64,000 nt of DNA from an uncultured Spirochaetota bacterium (lineage in GTDB: Bacteria > Spirochaetota > UBA4802 > UBA5550), in assembly GCA_963827275.1 (NCBI GenBank), contig CAWHAA010000008.1, positions 1 through 64,000 of the forward strand, read 5' to 3'. A program made the translations under genes and the position numbers. Below, piece after piece: positions 39,832 to 50,121 of the stretch (positions within the stretch are counted from its first letter, which is position 1; each line of letters starts with the position of its first letter). The notes beneath the pieces were generated by a model. It did not search any database. It was not told the origin of the DNA and saw nothing but the letters and a program-made list of their open reading frames with translations.

Positions 39832-40270
39832 GGCTCCGTGCCGCCTCAAAAAATGTTTCTGCGTTAAAATCGAACACGGCGGTACACTCTTCCCCGGAAC
39901 AGTTCAGGTGACGAAGCGTCGCACGCGTGATGATCTCCGGTATCGACTGCCTGCAGGCCTCCAGGCACCGGCTGTCGGTGCAATGCACACGGGCGTAGCT
40001 CAGCAGGAGCGTTCCCGCCCTGTGTATTCCGGCACGAAGTACGGCGTCGCGGGCGCTGCCCCTGCTCTCACCGTTTTCGGGGTCAGGGGCGGTGTCAAGC
40101 GTGACTACGACCCGCAGGGTGGTGCCATGCATGCCTTCCCAGATTTCTCCCGGTGATAAGGTAGTGGAGCATGATACAATCGCCGCCAGGGCGCAGGATA
40201 ACGACAGGCAGATCGGCAGCGCCGTACACAGGATGGGCCGTATCATGTCATTCATTCGTTGTGCTGTCAT
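39815..40270 (-). CDS. Putative small lipoprotein, hypothetical; start uncertain
   Basis: Hydrophobic N-terminus with IVSC lipobox; fills the gap and overlaps the downstream start. Confidence 0.5.
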   Translation of the reverse strand: MTAQRMNDMIRPILCTALPICLSLSCALAAIVSCSTTLSPGEIWEGMHGTTLRVVVTLDTAPDPENGESRGSARDAVLRAGIHRAGTLLLSYARVHCTDSRCLEACRQSIPEIITRATLRHLNCSGEECTAVFDFNAETFFEAARSHESGR

Positions 40271-40520
40271 TCTTTCATTTCAGAGCTTCATGGCAGATGC
40301 GCACAGATATGCATCTGCAGCGCGCCTGTACTCCGGCGATACTGATGATACAGTTACCGGCAGGATGTTTTTAAATTGCAACCATTTTTGTCCCCGCCGT
40401 CACCGGGTGGACCTCCCGGGAGGTTCCTGGCGACGGGCGAAAAAAAATCTTGCGGATTTAGCCTTGCTGCGATAGAATTTTGCCGCGCGAATCGTTACCA
40501 TAGGAGCGGGGGTGTCCGGT

Positions 40521-40796
40521 ATGGCAAAAAAGCTGATCATCCATGGCAGGGTCCAGGGAGTTTTCTGCCGCGCCTATTGCAGCAAGTACGCGCAGAAACG
40601 CCGCATCAGGGGGACCGCGTCAAATCTCGCAGACGGCACCGTCAGGGTGCTTCTCGACACGGATACCGTTCCGCTCGTTGAGCAGTTTGTTGCTGATATC
40701 AAGACGAACCCGGACGGGCTCATGTTCTACGGCACCATCGAATCGGTCGATGTAGAGGAGTACGCAGGCCCGTTAACCGGCGATTATCACTTTTAA
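40521..40796 (+). CDS. acyP: Acylphosphatase
   Basis: GRVQGVFCR, G...NL.DG.V. Confidence 0.9.
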   Translation: MAKKLIIHGRVQGVFCRAYCSKYAQKRRIRGTASNLADGTVRVLLDTDTVPLVEQFVADIKTNPDGLMFYGTIESVDVEEYAGPLTGDYHF

Positions 40797-40832
40797 TATC
40801 GTTCCGTGTGAATCCCGGCAGTGAAGGCGCCG

Positions 40833-40868
40833 GCATTCTTCCCCCCTGCGATCAGGGGGGAAGAATGC
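40833..40868. terminator. 16-bp perfect hairpin between convergent acyP and trpB2
   Basis: GCATTCTTCCCCCCTG-CGAT-CAGGGGGGAAGAATGC. Confidence 0.7.
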
Positions 40869-40878
40869 GCTGAATATC

Positions 40879-42269
40879 CTACCACTTGCCTGTCTTCGCG
40901 AGCGACGGCTTGGGCAGGTCCTTGAGCTCGGCGAGGGCGGCGTCCACTTCATCCTGGTGCAGCTCGTGGTCCGCCAGCCGGTGCTGCAGGAACAGGTCGT
41001 AGCCGTACAGGTCCATCAGGCCGTGGCCGCTCAGGTTGAAGATGATGACCTTCTCCTTTCCCTCTTCCTTCGCCTGCTTTGCCTTGCGGATCGTTGCCGC
41101 GATGGCGTGGCTGGTTTCGGGCGCGACGATGATCCCCTCGGTCCTGGCGAAGAGCATCGCGGCGTTGTAGCACTCGAGCTGCTGGATCGCCATGGGAGTG
41201 AAGAGGCCCTCGACGACCCCCGCGGAAACAAGGGGCGACATGCCGTGGTAGCGAAGGCCGCCGGCGTGGATCGCGTCAGGGATAAAGCTGTGGCCGAGCG
41301 AATGCATGGGAAGCAGCGGGGTCATCTTGGCGATATCGCCGTGATCATAGATAAAGGGCCCCTTGGTCAGTGTCGGGCATGACGCGGGCTCGACCGGTAT
41401 GATCTCTATCTGTGCGCCGTTGATCTTGTCGCTGGCAAAGGGGAAGGAGAGACCGGCAAAGTTGCTGCCGCCGCCCGCGCACCCGATCACGATGTCCACC
41501 TTCTTCTCTCCCGCTTTCTGGAGCTGTTTTTTCGCCTCAAGGCCGATGATGGTCTGGTGCAGCATGACGTGGTTCAGCACGCTTCCGAGGGCGTACCGGG
41601 TCTCGCCGGTGGGATCGGTCACCGCGGCCTCCACCGCCTCGCTGATGGCGATCCCGAGGCTCCCCGGGGTGTCGGGATGCGTCTCGAGGACGTCGCGGCC
41701 CGCCTTGCGTTTCCGGGCTCGGGCTCGGGATGCAGGTGGCGCCCCAGGTCTGCATCATCGTCTTCCGCATCGGCTTCTGCTCGAAGCTGATGCGCACCAT
41801 GAAGACCTTGCACTCGAGGCCGATCAGCGCGCAGGCGAACGCGAGGGCGCTTCCCCACTGGCCGGCGCCGGTCTCGGTGGTCAGCTTCTTGATGCCGAAC
41901 TGCTTGTTGTACCACGCCTGGGCAACGGCGGTATTCGGCTTGTGGCTTCCCGCCGGAGAGAGGCTCTCGTTTTTATAGTAGATGCGCGCCGGCGTCCCCA
42001 GGGCCTTTTCCAGGTGGATTGCCCTCTGGAGCGGCGACGGCCGCCACCGGTAGAGGAGGCTCGAGCACCTCTTCCGGTATGTCGATCCAGCGCTGCTGGC
42101 TCACTTCCTGCTCTATCAGGTTCATGGGAAAGACCGGGGCGAGCATCTCGGGGCTGATGGGTTTCCCGTCCGGCCCGAGGGGGGGCTGGAGCGGCGTCGG
42201 AAGGTCTGCGGCGATGTTGTACCACTGCCGCGGGATTTCACTTTCGGTAAGAAGTATCTTTGTATCCAT
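40879..42269 (-). CDS. trpB2: Tryptophan synthase beta-like PLP enzyme (TrpB2), interrupted by two +1 frameshifts (about 42059 and 41707)
   Basis: The joined frames read IPRQWYNI..., [81 protein letters not shown] and NLSGHG. Confidence 0.9.
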
Positions 42270-42300
42270 TCGTTTCTCCTTGTATTGTTAGCCGGTTGGG

Positions 42301-42591
42301 TTACACGGGCTTTTTTTCTATGACGGTCCTGTACTTTTCCACCATGGCCTTGAAGGACGAGTTTGATTTTTTAAGCTCCCGGGAGCCGCGGGTGATCTTG
42401 CACAGGCTTACGCCCATGCGCTCGGCGATCCTTCTCTGGCTCATGCCGTCGTAGAGCAGCTTCACGAGCTCCCAGCGGCCGGATATCTCGTCGATCTCGT
42501 TTTTTGTCAGGATGCTCTTCAGAAATCCCTCGATGGCGTCAGCATCGTGGGTAATCGATAGAACACCCGCTATCTCTTTCAATTTGTTCAT
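42301..42591 (-). CDS. trpR: TrpR-family repressor
   Basis: ILT..E...I..RW..V..L..GMSQR.IA...GVSLCKITRGS.ELK; directly upstream of trpB2. Confidence 0.85.
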   Translation of the reverse strand: MNKLKEIAGVLSITHDADAIEGFLKSILTKNEIDEISGRWELVKLLYDGMSQRRIAERMGVSLCKITRGSRELKKSNSSFKAMVEKYRTVIEKKPV

Positions 42592-42605
42592 GGTTTCAGC
42601 ACAAT

Positions 42606-42639
42606 GTTACTATTTATAGTAACGATTCTATTAGTAGAA
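42606..42639. promoter_or_regulatory. Two tandem palindromes, candidate TrpR operator
   Basis: GTTACTA-TTTA-TAGTAAC (42606-42623) and TTCTA-TTAG-TAGAA (42626-42639), lying between a minus-strand TTGACA (42664-42669) and the trpR start. Confidence 0.6.
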
Positions 42640-42739
42640 ACATAAACCGGGAAACGCCATGCCTGTCAAGTTTTTTTCAGAAAAATTTACATTAATGGCC
42701 GGTGTCGGGCCGGTGGGCTTTGTGCGGCCGGGAAGCTCC

Positions 42740-43336
42740 CTATGCGGTGATGACGACCGGGCGCGGGTGCTTCATCCGCACGGCGGTAACCTTGCGGTAG
42801 CGGCGGTAGAGGTCCGGGGAATCCATGGAGAGGAACGGGAGGTGGGGGGTCGCGTGGATATTGCCGATGAACGACCGGAGGTCGGCATCATAGAGGGTGT
42901 CAAAGTGCTTTTTGGAATGGCCGTGCGCTTTTTTAAACGCTCCCATGCGGCGGATGTCCCCGTCGAAGGCGGGACTTATGTGATAGAGTTCGTGGAATAT
43001 CACCCTGAGCTTCTCCTCCCACGCGAGATTGAAAAAACGCGGCATGTAAAAATAGATGATATAGAGGCAGGTCCGGCCGTTGTGGGATATTTCCGGAATG
43101 GTGTATACCCTGCCGCGGTAGCGGAGGAGCCGGGACCCGTTCTCGAAGCGGAGCGGGATGAGCTTGCCGTACAGCCCGCCGCGGCGCCCGCCCCTGTTTG
43201 AGCCGACGCACACCAGGGTGCTGTCAACATCGATATGGCTGAGCGATTGCGAGGACCGGACGATGTCATGTATGACGGCGGTCAGGGCCAGCGACAGGTT
43301 TATTTCATCGCCCGGGCGTGGCGGTTGCTTCGGCAT
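42740..43336 (-). CDS. Putative zinc metallopeptidase (HExxH), basic
   Basis: IFHELYHISP.FDGDIRR; start overlaps the recN 3' end. Confidence 0.7.
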   Translation of the reverse strand: MPKQPPRPGDEINLSLALTAVIHDIVRSSQSLSHIDVDSTLVCVGSNRGGRRGGLYGKLIPLRFENGSRLLRYRGRVYTIPEISHNGRTCLYIIYFYMPRFFNLAWEEKLRVIFHELYHISPAFDGDIRRMGAFKKAHGHSKKHFDTLYDADLRSFIGNIHATPHLPFLSMDSPDLYRRYRKVTAVRMKHPRPVVITA

Positions 43337-45026
43337 TGCGCACCATCTCTTCGGCATGCTTCATGGAGAGGTCGGTGATCGTTTCGCCGGCCAGCATGCG
43401 CGCTATCTCCCTGATCTTTTCTTTCGGGGTGAGCTGCTTGACCAGGGTGGTGACCCGCTCCCCCGTCTTCCCCTTCTGCACCGAATAATGGGTGTCCGAC
43501 ATGGCCGCGATCTGGGGCAGGTGCGTGACGACGAGGACCTGGCGGTTTGCCGCGAGCAGCTTCAGCTTCTTTCCCACGATCTCGGCCACTTTGCCGCCGA
43601 TCCCGGCATCGACCTCGTCGAAGATCAGGCTCTCGACGAGGTCCGAGGAGAGGATGACGTTCTTGATGGCGAGCATGATCCGCGACATTTCACCGCCGGA
43701 CGCCACCTTCCGGAGCTGGCGCAGGTCTTCGCCCGCGTTCGCCGAGATGAGGAACTCGATCCGGTCCAGGCCGTGCGGGTAGAGGGCGTACCGCTTGTCG
43801 TCGGCCTCGATCTCGCCGAGGGGATTGACCTCGCGCTGGATGGAGACGCGGAACTGGGTGCCGGCCATGCCGAGATCGGCGAGCTCCTTCATGACGCGCG
43901 ATTCAAGGCGCTTCGCCGCCTCCCGGCGGCGCTCGGAAAGCCGAAGGGCGACCTCCTTCGCTTCCCTGACCGCCTGACGGTATTCGGCTTTCAGCCGCTC
44001 CGCCGCTTCGGCGCCGGAGTTGATGGTATCGAGCTCCTTGCGGGCCTTCTCCGCGTAGCTCAGGATGTCCTGCACGGTCTCGCCGTATTTTTTCTTGAAG
44101 CTCGATATCAGGGAGAGGCGCGCTTCCACATCGTTGATGCGCTCCGGCGAAAAATCGATGTTCTTCTCATAATCGCGCAGGTAAGCGGAGGCGTCCTCGA
44201 GGGAATAGAGCGACTGCTTGATCGAGTCGAGGACCCCCGCGATCTCCGGGTCGTACTGCGAAATCTTCGAGAGGCCCTGCTCCGCCATTTTGAGCTTCTG
44301 CAGAATACCGCCCTCGCCGCCCATGAGCCGCGAGGAGGAGTTGATCTCCCTGAAGAGCTTTTCCGAGTTCGCCAGGAGGACCGATTCGTTTTTCAGCTCT
44401 TCCTCCTCGCCGGTTTTCAGATGCGCTGCGTCGATTTCGCGGATGGCGAAGGTGTTGTATTCGATACGGCGCGCCTTTTCGCGCTCGTCAATCTCGAAGG
44501 AGCTGATGCGGTCTTTCAGGTCCTGGAGCCGGGCGTGGATGGCCCGGACCTTCACGACGTCGTCTTCCAGGCGCCCGAACCCGTCAAGGAGCTCCCGGTG
44601 GCGCGCGACTTTAACAATGTTCTGGTGTTCGTTCTGGCCGTGTATGTCCACCAGGTATTCGGAGAGCTCCTTGAGGCGGGAGGCGGGAATCTGCACGGCG
44701 TTGGCGAACGAGCGGCCCTTGCCGCTGGAATAGAGCTCGCGGCGGAGGATGAGGGTGTCTTCGTCGCAGTCAATGCCGGATTCGTCGAGCATCTGCTGTA
44801 CAATAGGAACGGCGGATATGTCGAAGCTCGCCTCGAGGGTCGCCTTTTCGAAGCCGGTCCGGATCATGTCGGTGGTCATTTTTTCGCCGAGAATGCCGGA
44901 GAGGGCGTCGATGAGGATCGATTTTCCCGCACCGGTTTCCCCGGTCAGGATGTTCAGCCCCCTGCCGAATTGTATGGTCAGGTCCTCAATGATGACGAAG
45001 TTCTTTATTTTCAGGTCGAGCAGCAT
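43305..45026 (-). CDS. recN: DNA repair protein RecN
   Basis: LTGETGAGKSIL, IHGQNEH, VASGGEMSRIMLA, FDEVDAGIGG, VTHLPQIAA, EIARML. Confidence 0.97.
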   Translation of the reverse strand: MLLDLKIKNFVIIEDLTIQFGRGLNILTGETGAGKSILIDALSGILGEKMTTDMIRTGFEKATLEASFDISAVPIVQQMLDESGIDCDEDTLILRRELYSSGKGRSFANAVQIPASRLKELSEYLVDIHGQNEHQNIVKVARHRELLDGFGRLEDDVVKVRAIHARLQDLKDRISSFEIDEREKARRIEYNTFAIREIDAAHLKTGEEEELKNESVLLANSEKLFREINSSSRLMGGEGGILQKLKMAEQGLSKISQYDPEIAGVLDSIKQSLYSLEDASAYLRDYEKNIDFSPERINDVEARLSLISSFKKKYGETVQDILSYAEKARKELDTINSGAEAAERLKAEYRQAVREAKEVALRLSERRREAAKRLESRVMKELADLGMAGTQFRVSIQREVNPLGEIEADDKRYALYPHGLDRIEFLISANAGEDLRQLRKVASGGEMSRIMLAIKNVILSSDLVESLIFDEVDAGIGGKVAEIVGKKLKLLAANRQVLVVTHLPQIAAMSDTHYSVQKGKTGERVTTLVKQLTPKEKIREIARMLAGETITDLSMKHAEEMVRNAEATATPGR

Positions 45027-45047
45027 GGCATCATGTCCCGGTCCCGG

Positions 45048-45908
45048 TCATCCCCAGCCCAGCTTTTCGCGGAGTATGGAGTAGTAATTTTTTTCCGGGT
45101 GTGTTATCAGTCTGATGTTCTTGTTTGACTGGCGGATACAGATCTCGTCGTTTCCGTCGATGGTAATTACCTCCTGCCCGTCGATTGTCAATAATAAATT
45201 CTTGAAGTCGGAGATGATGCGGACACTGAAGGCCGAAGAGGCAGGGACGATCATGGGCCGCATGGCCAGGCTGTGCGGGCAGATGGGGCTCAGGAGAAAA
45301 ATTTTCGCCTCGGTGGGGGTGATGATGGGCCCCCCGGCCGAGAGGGAATACGCGGTCGATCCGGTGGGCGTCGAAATGATGAGGCCGTCACCGGTGTAGG
45401 TGCTCAAAAAATCGCCGTCGATTTTCATCTCGAGGCGGATGGGGCGGGAGACCGCGCCCTTGTGGATGACGGCGTCGTTGAGGAAACAGAGGCTCATTAT
45501 CTCCCCGCCGTCGCGGACCAGGGCGGCTTCCAGGACAAGCCGCTCGACCGCATGGTAGTCCCCGGACAGCACTTTTTTAAGGTGCCGCGGATACTCGTCC
45601 GGGCTGAATTCCGTCAGGAAGCCCAGGCGGCCGCGGTTGATGCCGAAGATCGGGGTGCCGGTGCCGCAGAAGAGGCGTGAGGTCCTGAGCACCGTGCCGT
45701 CTCCGCCGATGACGATGATCAGCTCCGGCGACGAAATGAACTGGTCATGCGGCACCGCCATTGAAAAGCATTCGTCGCCGCGGATAATGTCGTATTCGGG
45801 GAGCATGATCCTGACGTCTTCGTTGCGCAGGAACTCAATGACCTGACGCAGCAGAGGGAGACAGCTCTCATCGTCCGGGCGGAAATTGATTGAAACATTT
45901 TGTATCAT
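45048..45908 (-). CDS. nadK: NAD kinase
   Basis: GGDGT, GRLGFL, LND, GDGLIISTPTGSTAYSLSAGGPI, PICPH. Confidence 0.96.
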   Translation of the reverse strand: MIQNVSINFRPDDESCLPLLRQVIEFLRNEDVRIMLPEYDIIRGDECFSMAVPHDQFISSPELIIVIGGDGTVLRTSRLFCGTGTPIFGINRGRLGFLTEFSPDEYPRHLKKVLSGDYHAVERLVLEAALVRDGGEIMSLCFLNDAVIHKGAVSRPIRLEMKIDGDFLSTYTGDGLIISTPTGSTAYSLSAGGPIITPTEAKIFLLSPICPHSLAMRPMIVPASSAFSVRIISDFKNLLLTIDGQEVITIDGNDEICIRQSNKNIRLITHPEKNYYSILREKLGWG

Positions 45909-46181
45909 GTATACCCTGCTTGATTGCGCTACTATACCGGCCGTTGCCGGTGTCAGTCAATTAAAAAAGGTGCGCGGAGGGAGAATATCATGCCGCGATG
46001 CGGCCATGCAGTGTATACGAACGCAGCGGCAGGAAGGAGAATTTTTTATTCAGTCCCGGACGGATTTGTTGTAATTAAATGTTGACAACACCGAGATTCA
46101 AACATATAAGATGTGACCTGTTACAGGCGGGGATACGGTTGTCATAGACACGACACTGCACGGGGAGAGGAGAAACGGCCG

Positions 46182-46538
46182 ATGAAGCCCGAAGACTATA
46201 TAAATATCATGGCCCTGGAAGAGCGGCTGGGCGGAGACTTCGGATTTTTCAAGGAGCTGGCAGCGCTCTTCATCTCCGATTCCCCGCGCCTCATGGCTGC
46301 CATTGAAGAGGCGGTACAGAATAAAAACGGCGAAAAGATTGGAAAGACAGCCCATACCATGAAGGGGGCTGTGGCCAATTTTTCCGCCGAGCGGGCCTTT
46401 ATCGCGGCGCTCGCGCTTGAAAGAACCGGCAAGAACAACGAATTTGACATGGTTGACGCCGCTTATGACCGGCTCGCCGCTGAAATTACGGCGATGCGGG
46501 AGGCCCTGAAGCTGATGATGGAAAAGCAGGGGTTTTAG
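46182..46538 (+). CDS. Stand-alone HPt (histidine phosphotransfer) protein
   Basis: AHTMKGAVAN motif; GAGGAG RBS before ATG 46182. Confidence 0.88.
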   Translation: MKPEDYINIMALEERLGGDFGFFKELAALFISDSPRLMAAIEEAVQNKNGEKIGKTAHTMKGAVANFSAERAFIAALALERTGKNNEFDMVDAAYDRLAAEITAMREALKLMMEKQGF

Positions 46539-46552
46539 GGAAAGAACCCCCG

Positions 46553-48742
46553 TTATTTTTTTCTCCGTATAATCGACTTTCCGAACGCAACGCACCCGCC
46601 GGAAGCTATCAATACCGTGCCGAGCCAGACCAGCCAGATGAGCCGCTTTTTGCTGACCGTGACGAGCACCGTATCGGCGGGGACAGTTATATGTTTCCCC
46701 GGCGTCACGTGGAGGTGTATCCTCTTGCTGTTCGCGTCAATCTGGCGGAGCGACACGGTGCGGTCGGTGCCGGGGACGTCCCGGTCAAGGTAGCGCACCC
46801 CTCCGGCGGTGAACTTGATCCCCGGCGCCATGGGGGCCCCGTTGACCGTGAGGTCGGCATAGGTGGAGGGCTCGCCCGAGGTCATGTGCTCAGTCCTGAA
46901 GCCGTTGAACCGGATCTTCAGCCCGCCGATCTCCTTTTCCTCCCCCTTTCCCAGCGCCAGGGTAGTCATCGAAGCGGCGCCTGATTCAAATTGCTCGGGC
47001 GCAATATAGATGTCGTTCAGTATGCCCGGGATGATATGGGGCTCCTTGTAGATCGATTCTGTTTTTTCGTCGAAGTAGTAGGCGGTCTTCGCCTGTATCG
47101 TGCTCGCACCGCTGGCAACGGTAAAGCTCAGGGAGGGCTCAGGCCCGTCCGCCATGCCGTTGAAGAGGACGCGCAGCGAGCCGAAAGCGGTTTCAGTCCC
47201 CTGCGTAAGTTTTTTCTGGACAGAATATTCGTGGAAATTCGACGTGATAACGCCCAGGACCAGAAGCCCCACGCCGATATGGGCGAGCCGCGAAGGAAGG
47301 GACGCGCGGGCTTTCGTCTCCCACAGGTCGATGAGCGCCCTCGCGACGAGGAACAGCGCAATCATTGATAACAGGTACGCGGCCGGGTTGCCGGTATGGC
47401 CCCGGTTGACGGCCGCACCGAGTACCACCGACAGGACTGCGGCGATGATGGTTTCTTTATTGATGATATTCCCCCGCCTGACGATCATGAGGGTCGTGGA
47501 GGCGAACATCAGGGTGAGTATCAGCGCGCCCAGAGGCTTGGAAAAATTATTATAAAACGCGGCGGTCACGTTTGATGGCCTCGCCATGAAGATCCCGGAG
47601 AGGATCGGCATCGATGTCCCGGTGAGAATGATGAGTGCATACACGATGAGCGCGATGATGCCGAACACGGCCATGGTCCTCCAGTCAAGGAGGCTGGTTT
47701 CAAGCCTCGGACCGGTGATATGCCGCACCCGCGCGAGGTAGAGTCCGAGACCGCCCGCAGCGTACACGGCGAGGAACAGGAGAAGATATGCTGCGATTTC
47801 GGAAGCGGAGAACGAGTGCACCGAGAAATTGGAGAGGACGCCGCTCCTGGTGAGCCAGGTGCTGTAAAAGACCATGATGAAGTAAAAGAGCGCGAGAAAG
47901 AGGTTGAGGCGCGCCAGGGAGCCGCTCCGGTTCTGTATGAGCGCGCCGTGCACCAGCGCGATCGCGATAAGCCAGGGTATGAGGGAAGAGTTTTCCACCG
48001 GGTCCCATCCCCAGTACCCGCCCCAGCCGAGCACTGAATAGGCCCAGTACCCGCCCAGGAAGATGCCGATGCCGAGGGTGATCATGCTGAAGAGGAGCCA
48101 GGGGTACGCGCCGGCGAGCCAGCGGTCCGCTTCTTTTTTCAGCAGGGCCGCGGCGGCATACCCGAAGGGGACGGTCGCCGACGCGTAGCCGAGGAAGAGA
48201 AGGGGCGGGTGGGCAACCATCCATGGATCTTTTAACAGGGGGTTCAGGCCCGCGCCGTCCGCCGGGAACATGCCGGGGCCGAAACTCTCAGGGTACTTGT
48301 CCCAGATATACATGAAAGGGCTCTCGACAAGGAGGAGAACCAGCATGAAGATCTGCGAAACCAGGATGACGGCGGATACGACCGGAGAGTAGTCGTCTTT
48401 TTGCCGCATGACGATCAGGCCGAACAGGCTGAGGAAAAAGAGCCAGAGGAGGAGGCTCCCCTCCTTCCCCGCCCAGAAGGCGGCGATGCGGTACGCGAGC
48501 GGCAGGTCACGGGAGGCGTTGTGATACACGTAGAGGAAACGGAAATCGCACGCGATAAAATAATAGAAGAGCAGGAGCACTGAGATGGAAATGCCGGCGC
48601 CCGCTGCAAGGGAGAGCGGCCCGCGCGGCAGGAGCGGCTGTTCCTTCCCCGCCGCTTCAAAGACCGCCGCGGCAGCGGCAACGAGCGAGAGGACGAGCGA
48701 CGCGATGATGAATATGTTCCCGGTGCTGGCGCTGAAATCCAT
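46553..48742 (-). CDS. ccmF: Cytochrome c maturation heme lyase CcmF
   Basis: WAGKEGSLLLW, GLNPLL, HPP, WGGYWGWDPVEN, TRSG...SVHSF. Confidence 0.95.
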   Translation of the reverse strand: MDFSASTGNIFIIASLVLSLVAAAAAVFEAAGKEQPLLPRGPLSLAAGAGISISVLLLFYYFIACDFRFLYVYHNASRDLPLAYRIAAFWAGKEGSLLLWLFFLSLFGLIVMRQKDDYSPVVSAVILVSQIFMLVLLLVESPFMYIWDKYPESFGPGMFPADGAGLNPLLKDPWMVAHPPLLFLGYASATVPFGYAAAALLKKEADRWLAGAYPWLLFSMITLGIGIFLGGYWAYSVLGWGGYWGWDPVENSSLIPWLIAIALVHGALIQNRSGSLARLNLFLALFYFIMVFYSTWLTRSGVLSNFSVHSFSASEIAAYLLLFLAVYAAGGLGLYLARVRHITGPRLETSLLDWRTMAVFGIIALIVYALIILTGTSMPILSGIFMARPSNVTAAFYNNFSKPLGALILTLMFASTTLMIVRRGNIINKETIIAAVLSVVLGAAVNRGHTGNPAAYLLSMIALFLVARALIDLWETKARASLPSRLAHIGVGLLVLGVITSNFHEYSVQKKLTQGTETAFGSLRVLFNGMADGPEPSLSFTVASGASTIQAKTAYYFDEKTESIYKEPHIIPGILNDIYIAPEQFESGAASMTTLALGKGEEKEIGGLKIRFNGFRTEHMTSGEPSTYADLTVNGAPMAPGIKFTAGGVRYLDRDVPGTDRTVSLRQIDANSKRIHLHVTPGKHITVPADTVLVTVSKKRLIWLVWLGTVLIASGGCVAFGKSIIRRKK

Positions 48743-48746
48743 GGTG

Positions 48747-49118
48747 CTATTTTCTCCTGTACTTTGATGGGCACTTCACGAGCACCTTGTCCGCTTCGAA
48801 GAAGTCGCCCCCGGCGCGGTACTTGCCGAGGATGACCGCCTGCTCGGCGTGCTCGAAATTCTGGGGCCTGGTGCCTTCGTGAACGACCTTCATTTTTGTG
48901 CCGTCCCTGTCGATGATGGTGAAGGCGTAGGAGCCCTCGGCGTGGGTGATCGGAACGGACCTGTCCAGGCTGCCGATGATCTGGACGTAGCGTTCCGGGT
49001 GAGACCTCGCCTCCCGGAACGGGACATAGGGCGAGAGGATGTCGTCGCTGAAGGAGAAGATCGCGATCACCAGAAGCGCGAGCCCGGCGATGAAGATGAG
49101 CATGTTGCGGTAGTTCAT
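48747..49118 (-). CDS. ccmE: Heme chaperone CcmE (Cys-type, CPSKY)
   Basis: N-terminal TM helix, G..P..F, F.A..VLVKCPSKY. Confidence 0.9.
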   Translation of the reverse strand: MNYRNMLIFIAGLALLVIAIFSFSDDILSPYVPFREARSHPERYVQIIGSLDRSVPITHAEGSYAFTIIDRDGTKMKVVHEGTRPQNFEHAEQAVILGKYRAGGDFFEADKVLVKCPSKYRRK

Positions 49119-49141
49119 GTTGCCTCTCTTGTCCGCGCCGG

Positions 49142-49426
49142 TCATTCGCGGAGACGCATATCCTTTTCAAGCGCGGCCACCCTGCGGTCGATCCTGAAGA
49201 GAAAAACAGCGAGGCCGGTCCAGACGAGAAGCACCACTCCCATGACCCGGTAGAGCACGGCGGCAGTGTCGCCCGATTGCGGTGACTGCGCCGGCGCTGT
49301 GTCAGGCGCAGGCGCTCCGGCCGCGTACGCGGCAGGGCCCGCCGGTTCCGGGGCGGCCGGGAGAAGGGCCGGCGCGGCGATTGTCAGCAATATCACAATC
49401 AATGCCAGGATGTTAATGGGCCGCAT
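49142..49426 (-). CDS. ccmD: CcmD-family protein
   Basis: LY.VMGVVLLVW.GL..FLFRIDRRV..LEK; located between ccmC and ccmE. Confidence 0.75.
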   Translation of the reverse strand: MRPINILALIVILLTIAAPALLPAAPEPAGPAAYAAGAPAPDTAPAQSPQSGDTAAVLYRVMGVVLLVWTGLAVFLFRIDRRVAALEKDMRLRE

Positions 49427-50093
49427 GGTGTTCACCGATCCTTTTTTTTAGAATTGCCACCCTGTTCATGAGGGAGAGGAGATGCCCGTAGAGCAGGCTG
49501 AAGGCCAGTATCGCGACAATGAGGGTCGCGCGCATGCTGGCGTCGAGATACACCTTCCGGTCCGGGTTGATGATGGGGTCCGGGTGAAGGGACGGGTATA
49601 TCCGCGGCACGAGGAAGGCGAAAAAGGGGAGGGTGATCATCGCCAGGACCAGATAGGCCGAGCCGATCCTCCCCCTGTTTTCATTGCCTGCCAGCGCTCC
49701 CTCGAGGCTGAAGTAGGCGATATAAATGATGAGAACGATGATGATCGAGGTCTCCCGCGGGTCCCAGTTCCAGTATACGCCCCAGCTGATTTTCGCCCAT
49801 ATCGAACCGGTGATGACCGTGAGGATGGTGAAGACCAGCCCGATGACAGCGGAATCGTGCGAAAGCTCAACGAGACCGCCGGAGCGCCGCCTTGTATCAA
49901 TAAGAAAGATGACGGAGAGTATCCCGGAAACAATGAAGGCCAGGATCGAGACCCAGGCCAGCGGCACGTGGAAATACATGATGCGGCTCGAATCGCCCAG
50001 GATCTCCGCGGGCGGCGCCCAGAGAAATGCCATCACGATAGCCGCGGGCATTAATATATATACGCTTCGTAGTGCACCATTTATTATTTTCAT
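49413..50093 (-). CDS. ccmC: Heme exporter CcmC
   Basis: YFHVP, TGSIWAK..WGVYWNWDPRET, SLHP. Confidence 0.93.
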   Translation of the reverse strand: MKIINGALRSVYILMPAAIVMAFLWAPPAEILGDSSRIMYFHVPLAWVSILAFIVSGILSVIFLIDTRRRSGGLVELSHDSAVIGLVFTILTVITGSIWAKISWGVYWNWDPRETSIIIVLIIYIAYFSLEGALAGNENRGRIGSAYLVLAMITLPFFAFLVPRIYPSLHPDPIINPDRKVYLDASMRATLIVAILAFSLLYGHLLSLMNRVAILKKRIGEHHAAH

Positions 50094-50121
50094 ACGCACC
50101 ATGACCGGCCCCGGCGGGGCG

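Noticed and set aside
41700..42065. Programmed ribosomal frameshifting or phase variation in trpB2
   Set aside because: Two independent +1 events would be needed, with no slippery or repeat tract; the same signature in unrelated genes favours sequencing error.
43158..45128. 656-aa plus-strand ORF
   Set aside because: Antisense shadow of recN, a common product of GC-biased codon usage; no recognisable motifs.
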